A stretch of 64,000 nucleotides of DNA from a virus (IMGVR_UViG_3300013121_000022:32001-96000); one strand, 5' to 3'; positions 28,760 through 37,843 are shown, numbered from the stretch's first letter. Numbers and translations: made by a program. Notes: generated by a model not told the origin, from the letters alone.

Positions 28760-29047
28760 TTAAGGATGTGGCAGTGTGCGCTGAAACAATCGCGCCTCAT
28801 TTCCACCAACTTCTGCGCCAAAAATCACGGCGTAGTCATTGACGTGAGGCATAGCCGCCAAAATCAATCCGCGAATAGCTTCGTGCGAAATTTCAAGATT
28901 TGGACTCGACTTGCGAGCTTGCAGAGTCACGTGATGGGCAGTGTATGGCAGATTGTGTTTTTCGATGTCGGCAACTGCTTGGACAAATGTGGTTAATAGT
29001 TCAGCGAGTGTTGGTTTTGTGCGTTCAACTTCGGTAGGCTGTGTCAT
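28760..29047 (-). CDS. Hypothetical protein
   Basis: ORF with RBS downstream of the PARP gene. Confidence 0.55.
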   Translation of the reverse strand: MTQPTEVERTKPTLAELLTTFVQAVADIEKHNLPYTAHHVTLQARKSSPNLEISHEAIRGLILAAMPHVNDYAVIFGAEVGGNEARLFQRTLPHP

Positions 29048-29061
29048 ATTTCATGTTCCTT

Positions 29062-30315
29062 TCAAGAACGAGTAATTTCCGCTATGTAGCGGAGAGTGAT
29101 TTGACTTTCATTATAAACGATAAACTCATTGTAGGCAAGAGAATATCCGGCCTCACCTTGAACTGAATGATAACCAGCGGGAGCACGTTGCAACGAAGAA
29201 TCGCTATGCTGGAGCTTTTTGATATTTCCTAATTTGACTTCACAGACAAACAGATAGTGTGGATTGCGTTTTGCGTTTCTGTGAAACGTGTATTGTGCTG
29301 ACTTAGTGGATTTGTCGGCGGTATAAATACCATTGCCAAACATCGCGCCAGACAAAGGAACATTCTGAGGACGTAACAGCAATCCACGACTGATAATACC
29401 TACCGAATTAGCATTACCAGACCCATGAAACAACTCGACAGGGTTATGAACGTCGCAACGATCATAGCGAGTGTTCAGGAATGGATTATTGATCTCGAAC
29501 ACGTTCCCTACCTTCAAATGGAAATGACGACCCTCTGATCCAATAATAAAATCGCGAATGCGCTTGGTCGTTTTTGAATCGGCCAACGTAATTTCTGCGC
29601 CCAATGCATCTTGTTGCTTGGTTTGGCCTTGATTGCCAAATCCGGCCTTAGCCTTGACTGCGTCTTCAATGCTTTGAAGGAAGTCGTACTCATCTTCAAG
29701 TTTTTGGGTTGAATTAACAGCCACATCTAAGGCGTCGTGAATGTGACGCGGAATCTGTAAATGACCTGAACCTGTTTGATGGGGAATTAGAGAGTAATAG
29801 CGCGACGAAGATCGAATGATCTCTTTTCTGTTGTTGGTCTTGATTGACTTTGACAGAGTCAATAGATGATCTCGTGCTTCGGCAATTCGATCTGGATGAA
29901 TATCGGTGAACTCACCCAACAAGACCTGCCGAATTGAATTATCAGCCTCATCAAAAATGTGATCCAAGAACATCGACACCGGATCGTTTGCTTTAGACTT
30001 GGAAATTACAACGGGAGTGGCCAAATTTGCGCGGGGAACTTTCGTGTATTTCCGAGACTTAGATCGGATATATGACTGGAATGCCTTTTCAGAAGTTGGA
30101 TACGTCCAATCAACAGCGGCGGATTTTGCCTCCACCGATCCAGTCTTTCCAAACTGAACTTTCTGAATCAGCGTTCCATTAGCGTCTCGCCACAGCTCTG
30201 CAAGAATTTCTTTGTTTGTTCCAAATGTACCTGCTTCAAGATCGCATTGAATCATGTATTCCGAATCGATGACTTTACTGTTATCAAGATTGTAAGCCTT
30301 CAAGTTTTTAGTCAT
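29062..30315 (-). CDS. PARP-like ADP-ribosyltransferase (WGR-like, regulatory and catalytic domains)
   Basis: SSRYYSLIPH regulatory helix; LFHGS, MFGNGIYTA..KSAQY and YNEFIVY give the H-Y-E triad. Confidence 0.9.
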   Translation of the reverse strand: MTKNLKAYNLDNSKVIDSEYMIQCDLEAGTFGTNKEILAELWRDANGTLIQKVQFGKTGSVEAKSAAVDWTYPTSEKAFQSYIRSKSRKYTKVPRANLATPVVISKSKANDPVSMFLDHIFDEADNSIRQVLLGEFTDIHPDRIAEARDHLLTLSKSIKTNNRKEIIRSSSRYYSLIPHQTGSGHLQIPRHIHDALDVAVNSTQKLEDEYDFLQSIEDAVKAKAGFGNQGQTKQQDALGAEITLADSKTTKRIRDFIIGSEGRHFHLKVGNVFEINNPFLNTRYDRCDVHNPVELFHGSGNANSVGIISRGLLLRPQNVPLSGAMFGNGIYTADKSTKSAQYTFHRNAKRNPHYLFVCEVKLGNIKKLQHSDSSLQRAPAGYHSVQGEAGYSLAYNEFIVYNESQITLRYIAEITRS

Positions 30316-30350
30316 GTCAATCTCCTATTCAAGTTTCAGGTAATTATATG

Positions 30351-30827
30351 TCAAAATGGATGGGCGTCAAGGTAGTTTTCAGGCGGAAACAAATCTCGTT
30401 CTCTTTCAAGAGTATAGACATTCCAACTCTCAGGAATCATTCTGACGATTCGCGTCCAATCTCCGCCTGCCAAACCACAGCCGATGCGGGGAATATGCAC
30501 ACTTGCACCAGCGTTTAGGGCAAATCTTTGGGTATGCCCTATGCACAGTTTTAGTGCCTCATAGTCCAATGGATGTTTAACTCCAAGTGTTTGAGCGCAC
30601 ATATTCACAACGCACCCAACCCGATAATCAATCGATACACCGACAATCTGAATCAGGCCGCGTATATGTTCGTGTAGTCCAAGATATGCCTGCCTGCTGG
30701 CCGGAAACTTTTTTGCAAGCGGAACAACAAAACCAGCACCCCATGCGTGTTTGTCGTTTACGATATGGGCAATCACAAATCGATCTGTTCCTACCGGATC
30801 AAGTGCTGAACCAATGTAGTGCTTCAT
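30351..30827 (-). CDS. Macrodomain protein (Poa1p/TARG1/DarG-like)
   Basis: IAHIVN..WGAGF..LAKKFP and IPRIGCGLAGGDW. Confidence 0.88.
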   Translation of the reverse strand: MKHYIGSALDPVGTDRFVIAHIVNDKHAWGAGFVVPLAKKFPASRQAYLGLHEHIRGLIQIVGVSIDYRVGCVVNMCAQTLGVKHPLDYEALKLCIGHTQRFALNAGASVHIPRIGCGLAGGDWTRIVRMIPESWNVYTLERERDLFPPENYLDAHPF

Positions 30828-31111
30828 ATTTTTTCTCCAATAATCTCAAGATCGCTAATTGCATACCATGCCGACTCGCCGGACTGATTGAGAAGTTCTA
30901 CATAAGTATGAGAATCTTCAAGGCCAATAACTCGATATACCTGTACGCGTGAGTAATTAGTTTTGATTACCACTTTTTTACTGGAAATCGTTGACGGGTG
31001 CGACAACCATCCACAAAGCCTATCGTACTTTCGTTCTCTTTGATGGTCGCGAAGTTTGGTTTGCGCTTTGAGCGCAAAAGACAAGCGATCAATTTTGTAG
31101 TTATCAGTCAT
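30824..31111 (-). CDS. Hypothetical protein
   Basis: AGGAG RBS before MTDNY; stop overlaps the macrodomain start. Confidence 0.5.
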   Translation of the reverse strand: MTDNYKIDRLSFALKAQTKLRDHQRERKYDRLCGWLSHPSTISSKKVVIKTNYSRVQVYRVIGLEDSHTYVELLNQSGESAWYAISDLEIIGEKI

Positions 31112-31334
31112 TGAATAAACTCCTATTTGCTTTACGAATGGGCTTGAATGCTTTTTGCTTCTTGCCAACATGACATCCATGTGGGCAAGTTAACGAGAAA
31201 CTGTATCCATGTTGATACCAATATTGCGAACATGGATACAGTCGTTTATAGCGCAAGGCCAGAATATCGGCCTGAGCGCGATCATAGCCTCTTGCCCGAT
31301 AATGCAAAAAAGCTTCTCCGCCTGTTATAGCCAT
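31104..31334 (-). CDS. Hypothetical protein
   Basis: Coupled short ORF with CPHGCH. Confidence 0.4.
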   Translation of the reverse strand: MAITGGEAFLHYRARGYDRAQADILALRYKRLYPCSQYWYQHGYSFSLTCPHGCHVGKKQKAFKPIRKANRSLFND

Positions 31335-31888
31335 CGGATACCTATTTTCGTTGTTACCGCATTCATTTTCTTGCCAGTAAAGATGTATTCACGAGCGGCA
31401 ACCAGTGCGGCGGCAACAGTCATATCAATTATCGGAACTCCGAGTTGATTGGTGCAAATAGCCTCCCCTTCAACGTCTTCGCCCATTGCATATCCATCAT
31501 TCCAAAGAACAGCTCCAGTTCCAAGACCAACACCAACATGCAAAACCTCTGGATAGGTGGCCGCAACGATTTTTCGACTGGCAAAGTTATCGAAACAATC
31601 AATCGAGAATTCACCTACTTGCCAATCGTCGTTCCAACCGGAATCGACGGGCATAAAAAATTCTTCTACACGGCGACGATATTTCAAATACGTCAACTGT
31701 GAAAATGCCTTGACCTTTGGCATACCAATTTGATTTGATTGATAAGCGCTTGTGCCAGTCAAAACATTTTCGCTGGACACCCTATCACTGTCAATTACCC
31801 TTATCGTTAAGTCTTCAATGTATCCAAGACCTAATCCGATTTTACTTCCCAATGCACCTACTCCAAAAATTGTAATTGCGTTGTTCAT
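31325..31888 (-). CDS. ThiF/E1-like adenylyltransferase
   Basis: IFGVGALGS, IDSDRV..EN, KV, IDCFDNFASR, and a C-terminal ICT cysteine. Confidence 0.85.
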   Translation of the reverse strand: MNNAITIFGVGALGSKIGLGLGYIEDLTIRVIDSDRVSSENVLTGTSAYQSNQIGMPKVKAFSQLTYLKYRRRVEEFFMPVDSGWNDDWQVGEFSIDCFDNFASRKIVAATYPEVLHVGVGLGTGAVLWNDGYAMGEDVEGEAICTNQLGVPIIDMTVAAALVAAREYIFTGKKMNAVTTKIGIRWL

Positions 31889-32139
31889 TTGAAAATTCTC
31901 TTCCATTCAGGATGTCTTTCTAGTTCAAGATTCGCTTGCCCGATTTCACTGGCAATAAAGTGTTGAACCGCCAAACATTCATCGTTTCCACAGTATAAAA
32001 GCACAATACCATGTATAACGCGAAAGTTGTTATCGGAATCAATGTTCAGCATGGTTTCGTAACCCGCTCGAACAATGATCGTTGGGTTGAGACGTAATAG
32101 CTCTACAATAGTGTGTACGTTGCTCAAATCATTCGCCAT
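31885..32139 (-). CDS. Hypothetical protein
   Basis: ATGA coupling to the ThiF gene. Confidence 0.5.
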   Translation of the reverse strand: MANDLSNVHTIVELLRLNPTIIVRAGYETMLNIDSDNNFRVIHGIVLLYCGNDECLAVQHFIASEIGQANLELERHPEWKRIFK

Positions 32140-32503
32140 AAGCCGCCTCTATCGGTTGACTACACTCATCGCACGTCAGGCATTTATCTTCGTAATTAAT
32201 CTCACAGCCAACGATCAAGAATTGATCGTCATCTCCACCAGCGCAACGCGAAATATTTTTATTGCAACATGCCGGACACAATATTCCATCGTCTTTTGTA
32301 ATGTAATACAAAGGATACCCGCCCGGAAAAGCGTAGGCATCGTATTCCAGTCCAATCGGCCTCCACTCGCTATAATGCAAGTCCCATTCCTTAGCGTCGG
32401 TCAGCGAGTCCCATTCTTGACCAATTTGTAAAATTTGATTTTTGAGAGACGCCTTTTCTCCAGCATACACAACAACGATATTGGGTTGAATAATTTTAGT
32501 CAT
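32129..32503 (-). CDS. Hypothetical zinc-binding protein
   Basis: AFPGGYPLYY..CPAC..CDEC. Confidence 0.55.
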   Translation of the reverse strand: MTKIIQPNIVVVYAGEKASLKNQILQIGQEWDSLTDAKEWDLHYSEWRPIGLEYDAYAFPGGYPLYYITKDDGILCPACCNKNISRCAGGDDDQFLIVGCEINYEDKCLTCDECSQPIEAAYGE

Positions 32504-33506
32504 CGTCATCCTCATAATCATTATGATCTTCATAATCGTAACCGTCAGCCGCATTCAATCGATCATCTGGCAAATTGATACCACCAGCATTGCGCCACAA
32601 TTCTTTTGGAATATCAAAGCGATGCAAGTCTCTCGCCTTATCAAAAGCGGCAACCGCCGAACTTAGATTGTGATATTGATCAAAATGACTAACACAAAAA
32701 CCAATCGATGTCACCCTCAGCGTCTTGGGATTGACCAGTGGAATTGTCCAATTTGCACCACGATAACGAAAGGTCACTTTGATTGCGTCTCGATTAACAT
32801 TAGACCAGTCAACCAAATCTGCGCCCATAAAGCCTAATTGATTGCGGATTTTTTCTTCCAGAGTCAGCGTCTTGGCATTTGCTTCGGCCAATGCATTCTT
32901 TCTAGACGCTTCTTTTTCTTCGGCCAAAATTCTTTCGCGTTCAAATCGAATGCGATCTGCCAAAATTCTAAATGGTTGCTGATAATGTCGTGGCGCATGT
33001 GTGATGTCAAAAGAATCGTTGCTCTGCTCGATCTGATACTGTAATTCTTGTGCCCATCGATCAACTGCCAAGCCATAGGCAATATCAACAAACAAAAAGA
33101 TACCGCCATACACTCCAACAACCACTCTATCTAGTGGCTGAATATTTTGATCGACCAAGTGAATGAGACGGGGTTCGCCCTCCCAATTCTTTTGACGAGC
33201 ATCTGAATAGTTATATGGCAAGCACAACCACGTTTGCTCCCCGACTGGACAAACGGCGATAACGGTAAATTTTTTAAGTCCGTCTAAGTAATATTGAATT
33301 TCCACAAAATTAGCTTCATCAACGATCTGCGCCGATCTACGATCTATTGGCTGAACATTAAACCATCCGCGTCTTGTATCGTTGACGTGAAAACGAAATG
33401 GAGTTCCGTCCTGAACAACCATGATGTCCACCGATCCAACACTTGGAATAGGCGCAACAAATGGTTCTGGTGTTTGATTGGCAATGCGACGAAAAGCGTT
33501 TAGCAT
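32496..33506 (-). CDS. Hypothetical protein, putative E2-like C-terminal domain
   Basis: C-terminal L.V.SIGFCVS with a Cys like the E2 G.ICL; lies between the Ro-vWA and ThiF genes. Confidence 0.5.
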   Translation of the reverse strand: MLNAFRRIANQTPEPFVAPIPSVGSVDIMVVQDGTPFRFHVNDTRRGWFNVQPIDRRSAQIVDEANFVEIQYYLDGLKKFTVIAVCPVGEQTWLCLPYNYSDARQKNWEGEPRLIHLVDQNIQPLDRVVVGVYGGIFLFVDIAYGLAVDRWAQELQYQIEQSNDSFDITHAPRHYQQPFRILADRIRFERERILAEEKEASRKNALAEANAKTLTLEEKIRNQLGFMGADLVDWSNVNRDAIKVTFRYRGANWTIPLVNPKTLRVTSIGFCVSHFDQYHNLSSAVAAFDKARDLHRFDIPKELWRNAGGINLPDDRLNAADGYDYEDHNDYEDDDD

Positions 33507-33521
33507 GTTTATCTCTCCAAT

Positions 33522-33562
33522 AAAAAAAGCACTGACAAATTGTAACTCTGTCAGTGCTTTTT
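33522..33562 (-). terminator. Intrinsic terminator after the Ro-like gene
   Basis: AAAAAGCACTGACA..TGTCAGTGCTTTTT. Confidence 0.75.
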
Positions 33563-33569
33563 GTCAACG

Positions 33570-35042
33570 CTAGAAGCTGTACCCGACAATCTTGGGTAAT
33601 TCGGTGTCCGCAATGATGTCTGCAATATTGCGTGTCTTATCCCCCGCAAACCAACCAACAATTGCATCACCAATGTACGGATCGAACGGTGTAGTTGTCA
33701 AATCATAATGAACAACTCGAATACCGGCATCTTCAAGAACCTGAATGTCGATGCTTGGATTTCCATGCTCCGAAGATGGCAGCTGAATGATTGACAAATT
33801 CTGAACACCAAGCTCCCTAAAAGTCTTGTAAGCTTCGGTTGTGTTTGATTCGTGTAAATCTCCGATCCAAACGACATTGGTCAAATCAACACCCTTGTCG
33901 TGTGCCTTTCGCAGTGCTACGTGAACTAACGTGCCGCCCGTTGCGCGAAGTTTCGAGAAATCACGTTGAACCTGCGTCAACGATTGGCTTGAGAATTCCA
34001 TTTGCGTAGCTGATGTGTTGTACATAAAGACATTGACAGGTTCATCAGAGGCCGCAACAATGATCGGGACAGTTTCGCGTGTCGTTGCAATGCTAACTTC
34101 CTGCGAACCCGATTGATCACCGATAATGACAGGCGGATGTGCAATTCGTTGACCCTGTTGAACTGCCTTTTCAGTCGTCTGTTGAATGGCGGCATTGATT
34201 TCGGCGTCCGATCCCTGAGTGCTTTTACGCTTTTGCAGTGTCGCCACTGACTTGGTTGCACTGGCAATCAACTTCAAGTAATGCGCCTTGACCTCTGGAA
34301 TAGCAAACAATCCAGAGCGTTCAATCCACGAACGACTATTCAAAGCCTCTTGCGGCGACATGCGCGACAACAAAGCCAAACCAATAGCGGCATCAACCTT
34401 TGGCAAAATCGAAACGGCAATGCGATAAGGAATCTTATGCTTCATTACCATCTCGGCCTTTTTGACTGGATCGGTTTCTGCGACGATCATCTTCAAGGCC
34501 GCGATCTTTGATCCTTCCGGTGGAGTATCACTAAATAACAAAGCACTAACGTATTGATTGGTAGGGACATAAAAATACTTGATCAACCACGTCAAAGACT
34601 TGCGGTTTTGAATTGATACAGCATCCAATAGCGCGGGATTTGCCATTAGGCTATTGACCCAATCAATGGCAATTTTTCGCGCCTGTCGAGTAATTGGCCT
34701 GTCACTCTTACGAATGTAATCCAAGACGCGAATCAACTGAAACGCCTCCAGACCATCGATCTCTTTGTGAAAATCAATTTGATAAACACGCTGACCCAAA
34801 GCCAAAGCCCGACCTGCTTCCCGAAACTCTGGATACTCTGGATCGGCCTGCAACAAAGTCACAATTGCGGCCATGACCTGATCGTTGATCTTACTGGTTG
34901 AGGCGATGTGAACCAGAGCGCGACTGATGAAGTTTGGATCGTTGTTCAGTAAATCGGCGTATGTGCCAACTAGCGGAGCAAGATCGCGATGGGTAACACG
35001 AGTCATCGTCTGATAAATCTGGTTGTTATTTAGTTCTGTCAT
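33570..35042 (-). CDS. Ro60/TROVE-like helical RNA-binding protein with C-terminal vWA domain
   Basis: Helical N-terminus (DPNFISRAL, KIPYRIAVS, MSPQEALN); MIDAS DQSGS, GGT, IGD; adjacent to tRNA-like RNAs. Confidence 0.65.
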   Translation of the reverse strand: MTELNNNQIYQTMTRVTHRDLAPLVGTYADLLNNDPNFISRALVHIASTSKINDQVMAAIVTLLQADPEYPEFREAGRALALGQRVYQIDFHKEIDGLEAFQLIRVLDYIRKSDRPITRQARKIAIDWVNSLMANPALLDAVSIQNRKSLTWLIKYFYVPTNQYVSALLFSDTPPEGSKIAALKMIVAETDPVKKAEMVMKHKIPYRIAVSILPKVDAAIGLALLSRMSPQEALNSRSWIERSGLFAIPEVKAHYLKLIASATKSVATLQKRKSTQGSDAEINAAIQQTTEKAVQQGQRIAHPPVIIGDQSGSQEVSIATTRETVPIIVAASDEPVNVFMYNTSATQMEFSSQSLTQVQRDFSKLRATGGTLVHVALRKAHDKGVDLTNVVWIGDLHESNTTEAYKTFRELGVQNLSIIQLPSSEHGNPSIDIQVLEDAGIRVVHYDLTTTPFDPYIGDAIVGWFAGDKTRNIADIIADTELPKIVGYSF

Positions 35043-35071
35043 TGTTCTCTCTCTTTCTGGATTCAAGAATT

Positions 35072-35099
35072 AAAAAAGCCCGTAACATGTACGGGCTTT
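35072..35099 (-). terminator. Terminator of the ncRNA array
   Basis: AAAGCCCGTAC..TACGGGCTTTTTT on the - strand. Confidence 0.75.
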
Positions 35100-35112
35100 A
35101 ATTTAAGTGTCC

Positions 35113-35223
35113 AGCGTATAAAGTCTCTGAGGGTGTTACATAGTGGGACTTGAACCCACAACTAATTCTTAAAAGGAATCTGCTTTTCCGGTCAGCTTTA
35201 TGTGTCTCAGAATGGAATACGCT
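35113..35223 (-). ncRNA. tRNA-like RNA A (Lys-UUU-type anticodon arm, acceptor extended into a closed terminal helix; Y-RNA-like)
   Basis: T arm GTGGG-TTCAAGT-CCCAC, anticodon arm GATTC-CTTTTAA-GAATT, D-like GCT..AGC, closed by AGCGTAT/ATACGCT. Confidence 0.75.
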
Positions 35224-35226
35224 AGA

Positions 35227-35359
35227 AGGCGGCAGATGTAGGAATCGAACCCACTGTTCTTTTTTGGAAAAAAAGGATTTAACCATTGTGTGCGTTTATC
35301 AGAAATACGCTACCCGTTAGGAAACGTATACGTTGAAAAACATTCAACTTTTATCTGCC
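35227..35359 (-). ncRNA. tRNA-like RNA B (Gly-UCC-type anticodon arm, large D-arm insertion)
   Basis: Acceptor GGCAGAT/ATCTGCC, T arm GTGGG-TTCGATT-CCTAC, CTTTT-TTTCCAA-AAAAG, inserted ATACG..CGTAT helix. Confidence 0.7.
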
Positions 35360-35466
35360 GTATTAAGTTTGAAAAGTACGGTTGACCTATACACCGAAAG
35401 GTTATTACTACAAAACACTCGTCACATTTGAGCATCTTTCGATTACGCTTGACGAGTCTGATTTCT

Positions 35467-35592
35467 TGGGGCGAAGCTAGGAATCGAACCTAGAGCGTCT
35501 ATTTACAAGATAGATTGTGTGAGTGTGTCTGAAATACGCCGGGTTATTCCGGCGTATAAAGCGAAACACTTTTTTGTCCATTACACTTCGCC
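35467..35592 (-). ncRNA. tRNA-like RNA C (Thr-UGU-type anticodon arm, large D-arm insertion)
   Basis: Acceptor GGCGAAG/CTTCGCC, T arm CTAGG-TTCGATT-CCTAG, TCTAT-CTTGTAA-ATAGA, inserted ATACGCCGG..CCGGCGTAT helix. Confidence 0.75.
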
Positions 35593-35624
35593 ATGTGTCG
35601 GCGTTTTTACTGCCAACGTTTGCA

Positions 35625-35652
35625 ATTATATCCAGTTATTACTTCTTGTCAA
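35625..35652 (-). promoter_or_regulatory. Consensus promoter of the ncRNA array
   Basis: TTGACA-16-TATAAT. Confidence 0.75.
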
Positions 35653-35929
35653 TAGGCAAATTTTTCTCTGTAAAACTTTGACGTTCTGCCTTTTTTTGCT
35701 CGTACTCGGCAATCAACTGGTCGTAATTTGTCGCTAAAAACGCATAACCAAAAACATTCCGACCACAGATATTGGTTAGCGCCGATTGAAATCGATCAAA
35801 CGGAACTGCTAAATATTCTTGATACAACTGAAAGTCACAAATTTGTTCGTCTGTCCAAGTGCTCCAATCAGTTGTGTTGCCCATGTGTATTGCTTCTTGT
35901 TTAGTCAGCTGGTGTTTAAGGTTGAACAT
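35639..35929 (-). CDS. Hypothetical protein
   Basis: Coupled ORF in the - strand operon. Confidence 0.5.
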   Translation of the reverse strand: MFNLKHQLTKQEAIHMGNTTDWSTWTDEQICDFQLYQEYLAVPFDRFQSALTNICGRNVFGYAFLATNYDQLIAEYEQKKAERQSFTEKNLPIDKK

Positions 35930-36251
35930 AATTCATCTCCACATCACGCGCAAACCAAAAATCTTCTGTTTCTTCAAAGCCGCAATACGGACATCGAATC
36001 AATTCAATCAACTTCATGGTTTCAAATTCATTCGAATGATCGATGCGATAATTCCATAGACTCATAAACGTGTCTTCAGTTACTTCACATTTAGCGGCGT
36101 CCGAAAATAAATGTCCGTCTTGATCTGTAGCTGCGACAAAAAACACCCAAATTTGCGGTAGTTCACCTGCTGGAATTGACTTTCGACAATAACAATTCTT
36201 TCTACCGCAAACAGGGTGTTGAATTTTGCGACACTTCGGGCAATCAACCAT
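35916..36251 (-). CDS. Cys-rich zinc-binding hypothetical protein
   Basis: CPKC, CYC, CPYCG. Confidence 0.5.
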   Translation of the reverse strand: MVDCPKCRKIQHPVCGRKNCYCRKSIPAGELPQIWVFFVAATDQDGHLFSDAAKCEVTEDTFMSLWNYRIDHSNEFETMKLIELIRCPYCGFEETEDFWFARDVEMNYVQP

Positions 36252-36507
36252 ACTTGACTAAAGGCGCAATCAGGATCGATCCAGACTCTGGACGAGTAAC
36301 GGCGAAACGCTGTCCAGAAAGTGTGATTGGATTGTTCTGTGCCTGAGTTTCGTTCAGGAAATTCTGAACCAACGTCAACAGATGCGCGTCAGCAATCATT
36401 GGATCGGTTGTGACTTCATCCAAATAGAATCGCTCGAATTCACGATCTGGCGTATGTACCATAACCTGAACGTTTCCAAGTGTATTTGCAAGAATCAAGT
36501 CTGTCAT
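36244..36507 (-). CDS. Putative ubiquitin-like (beta-grasp) protein
   Basis: 87 aa with a beta-beta-alpha-beta-beta pattern, ends ILIAPLVKYG; near ThiF. Confidence 0.5.
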   Translation of the reverse strand: MTDLILANTLGNVQVMVHTPDREFERFYLDEVTTDPMIADAHLLTLVQNFLNETQAQNNPITLSGQRFAVTRPESGSILIAPLVKYG

Positions 36508-36932
36508 TTTTTTCTCTCCCATCTAATTGCTAGTGTCGTTCCCGCCACTGGCTGAGTATCAAATTGAGCGTGGGCATAAAGCATCGAACAATATACAGCC
36601 GCGCCCAAATTTGTTTCTTCGTTTTTCAATACATGTGTTCCCCATTCCGATTTACGAATAATCATCTTTTGAAATTCGGAATAAGGATGTGGATAGACAA
36701 TGTTCAATAACGCGGCCTTGTTCCAAATGCGGGTTCTTACGATCAACTTATATCCATAGTGTTTTGCAACTAAACCGTGTATATAAGGTACAACCGCTGG
36801 ATCGGTGTAATCGTTTGTCTGTCCCTGAAAAGCTTTCTTGACCGTCAAATACAAAATCCAATCAAATTTATTTAGATTGATTTCGAGAACTCGACGGGCA
36901 TAATCTCTCATTGAATCGTATACACAGTTCAT
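36504..36932 (-). CDS. Hypothetical protein
   Basis: Coupled ORF. Confidence 0.5.
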   Translation of the reverse strand: MNCVYDSMRDYARRVLEINLNKFDWILYLTVKKAFQGQTNDYTDPAVVPYIHGLVAKHYGYKLIVRTRIWNKAALLNIVYPHPYSEFQKMIIRKSEWGTHVLKNEETNLGAAVYCSMLYAHAQFDTQPVAGTTLAIRWERKK

Positions 36933-37073
36933 GAGAGGATTATATTTACAATATGAAATTTGTCAAGAGCCATGCACACCCCAAGCAACCACCACAGGCG
37001 CAAACTACAATTACGGCAACAGTTACACCCATAATGATATTGGTCTTGCGATCTCCGCCGACAACACAAGTGA

Positions 37074-37277
37074 TCATTTTGAAAGCAACTCGATAAGCTT
37101 TGCATTTCCTTCGTTGGCCTGTTCGAGACTGTCTTGAAGCTGCTTAATATCATCGCGCAACCAACCAACAAAAGTATCGTGTTGCTCAACTTCGGTTCGC
37201 AAATGCATGATTTCATGGCACATCATTTGCCATTCTTTGTGAGTCATAATCTTAAGTCCAAGTATTTCCATGATCAC
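37074..37277 (-). CDS. Small coiled-coil protein
   Basis: Coupled to the dcd stop codon. Confidence 0.45.
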   Translation of the reverse strand: MIMEILGLKIMTHKEWQMMCHEIMHLRTEVEQHDTFVGWLRDDIKQLQDSLEQANEGNAKLIELLSK

Positions 37278-37843
37278 ATCCTAGCTGGAACAACTTCTGA
37301 CGACTGACCTTGATATTTTCCCTTGCGGTCTGCATACGAAGTCAGACAAGGTTCGTCGGCCTCCAAAAACAAAATCTGACCAATACCTTCATTGGCATAT
37401 ACCTTTGCTGGTAAAGGCGTTGTGTTTGAAATTTCAATGGTTGCATAGCCTTCCCACTCTGGTTCAAAAGGCGTAACATTGATAATCAATCCACATCGAG
37501 CATATGTACTCTTGCCCAAGCAAACAGTCAAAACCGAACGCGGAATCTTGAAGCGTTCAATCGTCCGGCATAACACAAACGAATTCGGCGGGATGATGCA
37601 TTCATCACCGACAACATCAATAAACGCCTTCTCGTTGAATACCTTTGGATCGACTACTGCCGAGTGAGCGTTATGGAAAATTTTCCATTCAGGCGCAACC
37701 CGAAAATCATATCCGTAAGATGTCACGCCATAAGAAATGACTTTTCGTCCATCAACGTTGGATATTTGCGTTGGCTGAAACGGATTAATCAAGTTATACA
37801 AGGTCGCTTGTTCGATAATCCATCTATCGTTTTTTAGTCCCAT
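37274..37843 (-). CDS. dcd: dCTP deaminase
   Basis: [38 protein letters not shown]. Confidence 0.95.
   Translation of the reverse strand: MGLKNDRWIIEQATLYNLINPFQPTQISNVDGRKVISYGVTSYGYDFRVAPEWKIFHNAHSAVVDPKVFNEKAFIDVVGDECIIPPNSFVLCRTIERFKIPRSVLTVCLGKSTYARCGLIINVTPFEPEWEGYATIEISNTTPLPAKVYANEGIGQILFLEADEPCLTSYADRKGKYQGQSSEVVPARM

Noticed and set aside
35098-35286. 62-aa ORF on the - strand
   Set aside because: It overlaps the tRNA-like elements and the terminator; the RNA structure explains the sequence better.
35113-35592. Three canonical tRNA genes
   Set aside because: Large D-arm inserts, a short closed acceptor stem in element A and no clean NCCA; called ncRNA instead.
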